Positions 58,787 to 64,000 of a stretch of 64,000 bases of DNA are shown one piece after another (position 1 is the first letter of the stretch; each line of letters begins with the position of its first letter). Position numbers and translations under genes: made by a program. This DNA is from Eledone cirrhosa. Lineage: Eukaryota. The notes beneath the pieces were generated by a model. The model made no database searches. It saw only the letters and a list, made by a program, of their open reading frames with translations, and had not been told where the DNA came from. The stretch spans positions 2,604,001-2,668,000 of the forward strand of contig OZ024766.1 in assembly GCA_964016885.1 (NCBI GenBank), given 5' to 3'.

Positions 58787-59980
58787 ATGGTGGCTGCCAA
58801 CTTGTCTTCGAGTACGGCCACTACTTTATATCCATGTAGGAGAACCCCTACCGATGCGCTGAACGAGTGTGACTTTTTAGTCCAGCCAGCGACTTGAAAA
58901 CTCTGGTACAAACACTACACTTGTGACAATTATTGACACATAGTGCTGGGCCCATGGTACCATGTGACGACAAGTGCAGAGAGATCTCCATATATAAAGC
59001 AATGCCTGTGCCGTGAAGCTTTTATAGTGAGCACTGCACAAAGCCAGTCCCACTCTCTTAACCAAGATGATATTTACCAAAAAGAACAAGTCAACATCAT
59101 TGGATACCATCAGAGTTGCAGGTGCTATATCAGAGTTTTCCTTCTCCTAGAATTCTGCCTTGACAAAGGCTAAGGGATCATCTCTCCCGGATATGTATGT
59201 ATATATATATACATACATATATATATGCATACATACATACATATTCAATCATTAGTAATAAAAACACGAATTCCCTTCGTCGTAACCGACGGAGTGCCAC
59301 ACTCTCTCTGTATTTATATCACGGCACAGGTATTGCTTTATATCTGGAGATCTCTCTGCACTTGTCGTTACATGGTACCATGGGCCCAGCACTATGTGTC
59401 AATAATTGTCACAAGTGTAGTGTTTGTACCAGAGTATATATATATATATATATTGGGAGAGATGACCCCTTAGCCTTTGTCAAGGCAGAATTCTAGGAGA
59501 AGGAAAACTCTGATATAACACCTGCAACCCTGATGGTATCCAATGATGTTGACTTGTTCTTCTTTTTGGTAAATATCATCTTGGTTAAGAGAGTGGGACT
59601 GGCTTTGTGCAGTGCCTTTGCTCACTATAAAAGCTTCACGGCACAGGCATTGCTTTATATCTGGAGATCTCTCTGCACTTGTCGTCACATGGTACCATGG
59701 GCCCAGCACTATGTGTCAATAAATGTCACAAGTGTACTGTTTGTACCAGAGTTTTCAAGTCGCTGGCTGGACTGAAAAGTCACACGCGTTGAACGCATCG
59801 GTAGGGGTTCTCCTACATGGATATAAAGTAGTGGCCGTACTCGAAAACCAGTTGGCAGCCACCATATATATAGATGTATATATATATATTTATATACATA
59901 TAGTAATAATAAATGTGAAGACTAAAATCCAAAGAGGTCTCGATAACGATAAAGATAAATATATATCGAATACATATATA

Positions 59981-60016
<36 letters not shown>

Positions 60017-60020
60017 CGTA

Positions 60021-60056
<36 letters not shown>

Positions 60057-61873
60057 TATATGTATATATATATACACATCAATATATATAAAATAAACAC
60101 ATTGTAAATTATTCCTACTACGGCAGTTCGATATTGAACCTCTCACCTCGTTACGAAACAATAAACACCCATTACTCCTACCAACGAAGCTACCAGAAAA
60201 CTTGTAATTTTATATATTTAAAGTATTAAAAACCTTAAATTTATTTATTTAATTATAAATACGGAAAGTGTAGAGATAGAAGATAAATAAAACTTCCAAA
60301 TAATCATAATATCCGACATTGTTTTGAGAATAATAGTGTAAAAAATTGACACCGGTTTAGGGGTTCGACGTAACCCTTGCCCTCTCGCTCCCATGGTAAC
60401 TTGATGTTCAGATTAAAGAGAGGTTTGCAATAAATTAATTAATTATTTGATATTTATTTATTAATAACAAACAAGGAACAAGATGGAGGGACAGAAATTT
60501 AAAAAATTGCGGTCGTTAAAAAAAAAAAAATTCAGCCATTACCCTCCCATGATGCAACAGTAGAGGTAAATACTTTGACGATTTAGCGACATCAGTTCCC
60601 CAAATTTCTCTCAGCCGAAATCTCAAGAACGATAACTCTGTCTTTACTTAATCGCAAAAATGGGTGCAAAAAAGTTTCTTGGCTTTTTTATGTTTGATGA
60701 TTGAATCACGTTAAGCGTGAAAGCAGCGATTCTTAACTTAAATTTTAACCTGTTCTTATAATATATATATAATAATATATATATATATAATTATTTAACA
60801 CAAACTACTTAACATATATATATATATAAATACAGAGAGAGCGTGTTACGACGAAGGGAATTCGTGTTTTTATTACTAATGATTGAATATATATGTATGT
60901 ATATATATATATACATACATATCCGGGAGAGATAACCTCTTAGCCTTTGTCAAGGCAGAATTCTAGGAGAAGGAAAACTCTGATATAACACCTGTAACTC
61001 TGATGGTATCCAATGATGTTGGTAAATATCATCTTGGTTAAGAAAGTGGGACTGGCTTTGTGCAGTGCCTTTGCTCACTATAAAAGCTTCACGGCACAGG
61101 CATTGCTTTATATCTGGAGATCTCTCTGCACTTGTCGTCACATGGTACCATGGGCCCACCACTATGTGTCAATAATCGTCACAATGTTTGTACCAGAGTT
61201 TTCAAGTCGCTGGCTGGACTAAAAAGTCACACTCGTTCAGCGCATCGGTAAGGGTTCTCCTACATGGATATAAAGTAGTGGCCGTACTCGAATACGAGTT
61301 GGCAGCCACCATATATAGAGATGTATGTATATATATTTATATATATACGAATATATATATTTATATATATATAATAATAATAAATGTGAAGACTAAAATC
61401 CAAAAAGGTCTCGATAACGATAAAGAGAATATATATCCATATATATATCTGTATGTATGTATATATATATGTATATACGTATGTATGTATATATGTATAT
61501 ATATAAAATAAACACATTGTAAATTATTCCTACTACGGCAGTTCGATATTGAACCTCTCACCTCGTTACGAAACAATAAATACCCATTACTCCTACCAAC
61601 GAAGCTACCAGAAAACTTGCTGTAAATTTTATATATTTAAAGTATTAAAAACCTTAAATTTATTTATTTAATTATAAATACAGAAAGTGTAGAGATAGAA
61701 GATAAATAAAACTTCAAAATAATCATAATATCTGACATTGTTTTGAGAATAATAGTGTAAAATTGACACCGGTTTAGGGGTCCACGTAACCCTTGCCCTC
61801 TAAATATTTAATCATTAGTAATAAAAACACGAATTCTCTTCGTCGTAACCGACGGAGTGCCACACTCTCTCTA

Positions 61874-61910
<37 letters not shown>

Positions 61911-62602
61911 ATATATATTATAAGAACAGGTTAAAATTTAAGTTAAGAATCGCTGCTTTCACGCTTAACGTGATTCAATCATCAAACATAAAAAAGTCAG
62001 CTGAAACTTTTTTGCACCCATTTTTGCGATTAAGTAAAGACGGAGTTATCGTTCTTGAGATTTCGGCTGAGAGAAATTTGGGGAACTGATGTCGCTAAAT
62101 AGTCAAAGTATTTACCTCTACTGTTGCATCATGGGAGGGTAATGGCTGAATTTTTTTATTTTAACGACGGCAATTTTTAAAATTTCTTTCCCGCCATCTT
62201 GTTCTTTGTTTGATATTAATGAATAAATATCAAATAATTAACTAATTTATTGCACACCTCTCTTTAATCTGAACATCAAGTTACCATGGGAGCGAGAGGG
62301 CAAGGGTTACGTCGAACCCCTAAACCGGTGTCAATTTTACACTATTATTCTCAAAACAATGTCGGATATTGTGATTATTTTGAAGTTTTATTTATCTTCT
62401 GTCTCTACACTTTCCGTATTTATAATTAAATAAATAAATTTAAGGTTTTTAATACTTTAAATATATAAAATTTACAGCAAGTTTTCTGGTAGCTTCGTTG
62501 GTAGGAGTAATGGGTATTTATTGTTTCGTAACGAGGTGAGAGGTTCAATATCGAACTGCAGTAGTAGGAATAATTTACAATGTGTTTATTTTATATATAT
62601 AG

Positions 62603-62679
<77 letters not shown>

Positions 62680-63443
62680 CATACATATATACATGCATAC
62701 ATACATATATATATATGTATTCGATATATATTTATCTTTATCGTTATCGAGACCTCTTTGGATTTTAGTCTTCACATTTATTATTACTATATGTATATAA
62801 ATATATATATTCGTATATATATAAATATATATACATACATCTATATATATGGTGGCTGCCAACTCGTTTTCGAGTACGGCCACTACTTTATATCCATGTA
62901 GGAGAACCCTTACCGATGCGCTGAACGAGTGTGACTTTTCAGTCTAGCCAGCGACTTGAAAACTCTGGTACAAACAGTACACTTGTGACATTTATTGACA
63001 CATAGTGCTGGGCCCATGGTACCATGCTTTATTTTTATTTTTATTTTTAATTTCATTCGCACCGTTTCCTTTCGCTATATGTCTCTCCGCCACTCCCCTA
63101 CACACCCTTTGAACTCTGTTCCCAATACACTTCTCACCTGAGGAAGGGCTTATGCCCGAAACGTCGTTCCCCACCACCACCCCACTCTCCAGAGCGTGAA
63201 ATTAATAAACATTCGTTGTACTGCCTCTCTGTTTTGTTCCTGTTCAAATTTTTCCATTGTATGTATATATATTTATATATATACGAATATATATATATTT
63301 ATATACATATAGTAATAATAAATGTGAAGACTAAAATCCAAAGAGGTCTCGATAACGATAAAGATAAATATATATCGAATACATATATATATATGTATGT
63401 ATGCATGTATATATGTATGTATATATATGTATATATATATCGA

Positions 63444-63523
<80 letters not shown>

Positions 63524-64000
63524 CTATATATATAAAATAAACACATTGTAAATTATTCCTACTACGGCAGTTCGATATTGAACCTCTCACCTGGTTACGA
63601 AACAATAAACACCCATTACTCCTACCAACGAAGCTACCAGAAAACTTGTAATTTTATATATTTAAAGTATTAAAAACCTTAAATTTATTTATTTAATTAT
63701 ACGGAAAGTGTAGAGATAGAAGATACATAAAACTTCAAAATAATCATAATATCCGACATTGTTTTGAGAATAATAGTGTAAAAAATTGACACCGGTTTAG
63801 GGGTTCGACGTAACCCTTGCCCTCTCGCTCCCATGGTAACTTGATGTTCAGATTAAAGAGAGGTGTGCAATAAATTAGTTAATTATTTGATATTTATTCA
63901 TTAATATCAAACAAAGAACAAGATGGCGGGAAAGAAATTTTAAAAATTGCCGTTGTTAAAATAAAAAAATTCAGCCATTACCCTCCCATGATGCAACAGT
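58787..64000. repeat. Complex of direct and inverted copies of a ~1470-bp unit
   Basis: + copies at 59455-60924, 60925-61800 (truncated) and 63260-end; - copies at 58787-59318 and ~61803-63026. Confidence 0.88.
63138..63165 (+). ncRNA. Minimal Penelope-type hammerhead motif (family D)
   Basis: CUGAGGA-A-GGGC(UUAU)GCCC-GAA-ACGU-C; palindromic ACGU helix III; AATAAA follows about 40 nt downstream; helix I is weak. Confidence 0.65.

Overview
Eukaryotic, microsatellite- and minisatellite-saturated animal DNA. The SINE/RTE/Penelope repertoire and gene content suggest a mollusc, most likely an octopus (inference). Almost all long ORFs in the supplied track are translations of simple repeats. Two real genes lie on the + strand. 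(1) 19 consecutive internal exons of RICTOR (mTORC2 scaffold), 6521-37592, with GT-AG boundaries and matching phases except one 59-nt exon that carries a 1-nt frameshift; the gene is cut off at a 200-N scaffold gap (37650-37849). (2) The 5' exons of a nicotinic acetylcholine receptor (Cys-loop) subunit, 55822-58742. The most striking hidden layer is a set of type I hammerhead ribozyme motifs in at least four sequence families. They include a head-to-tail array of three copies (171-179 nt period, retrozyme-like) antisense in a RICTOR intron, dispersed relatives whose helix II sequences differ but still pair, one copy in sense orientation within a RICTOR intron, and copies tied to Penelope remnants. 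Other notable items: duplicated splice donors embedded in microsatellites, candidate 51-nt and 33-nt in-frame microexons, a ~6.7-kb (CACT)n tract, a CRE/E-box cluster, and a 1.47-kb unit rearranged into direct and inverted copies in the nAChR intron. All structures were folded by eye; no activity has been tested.
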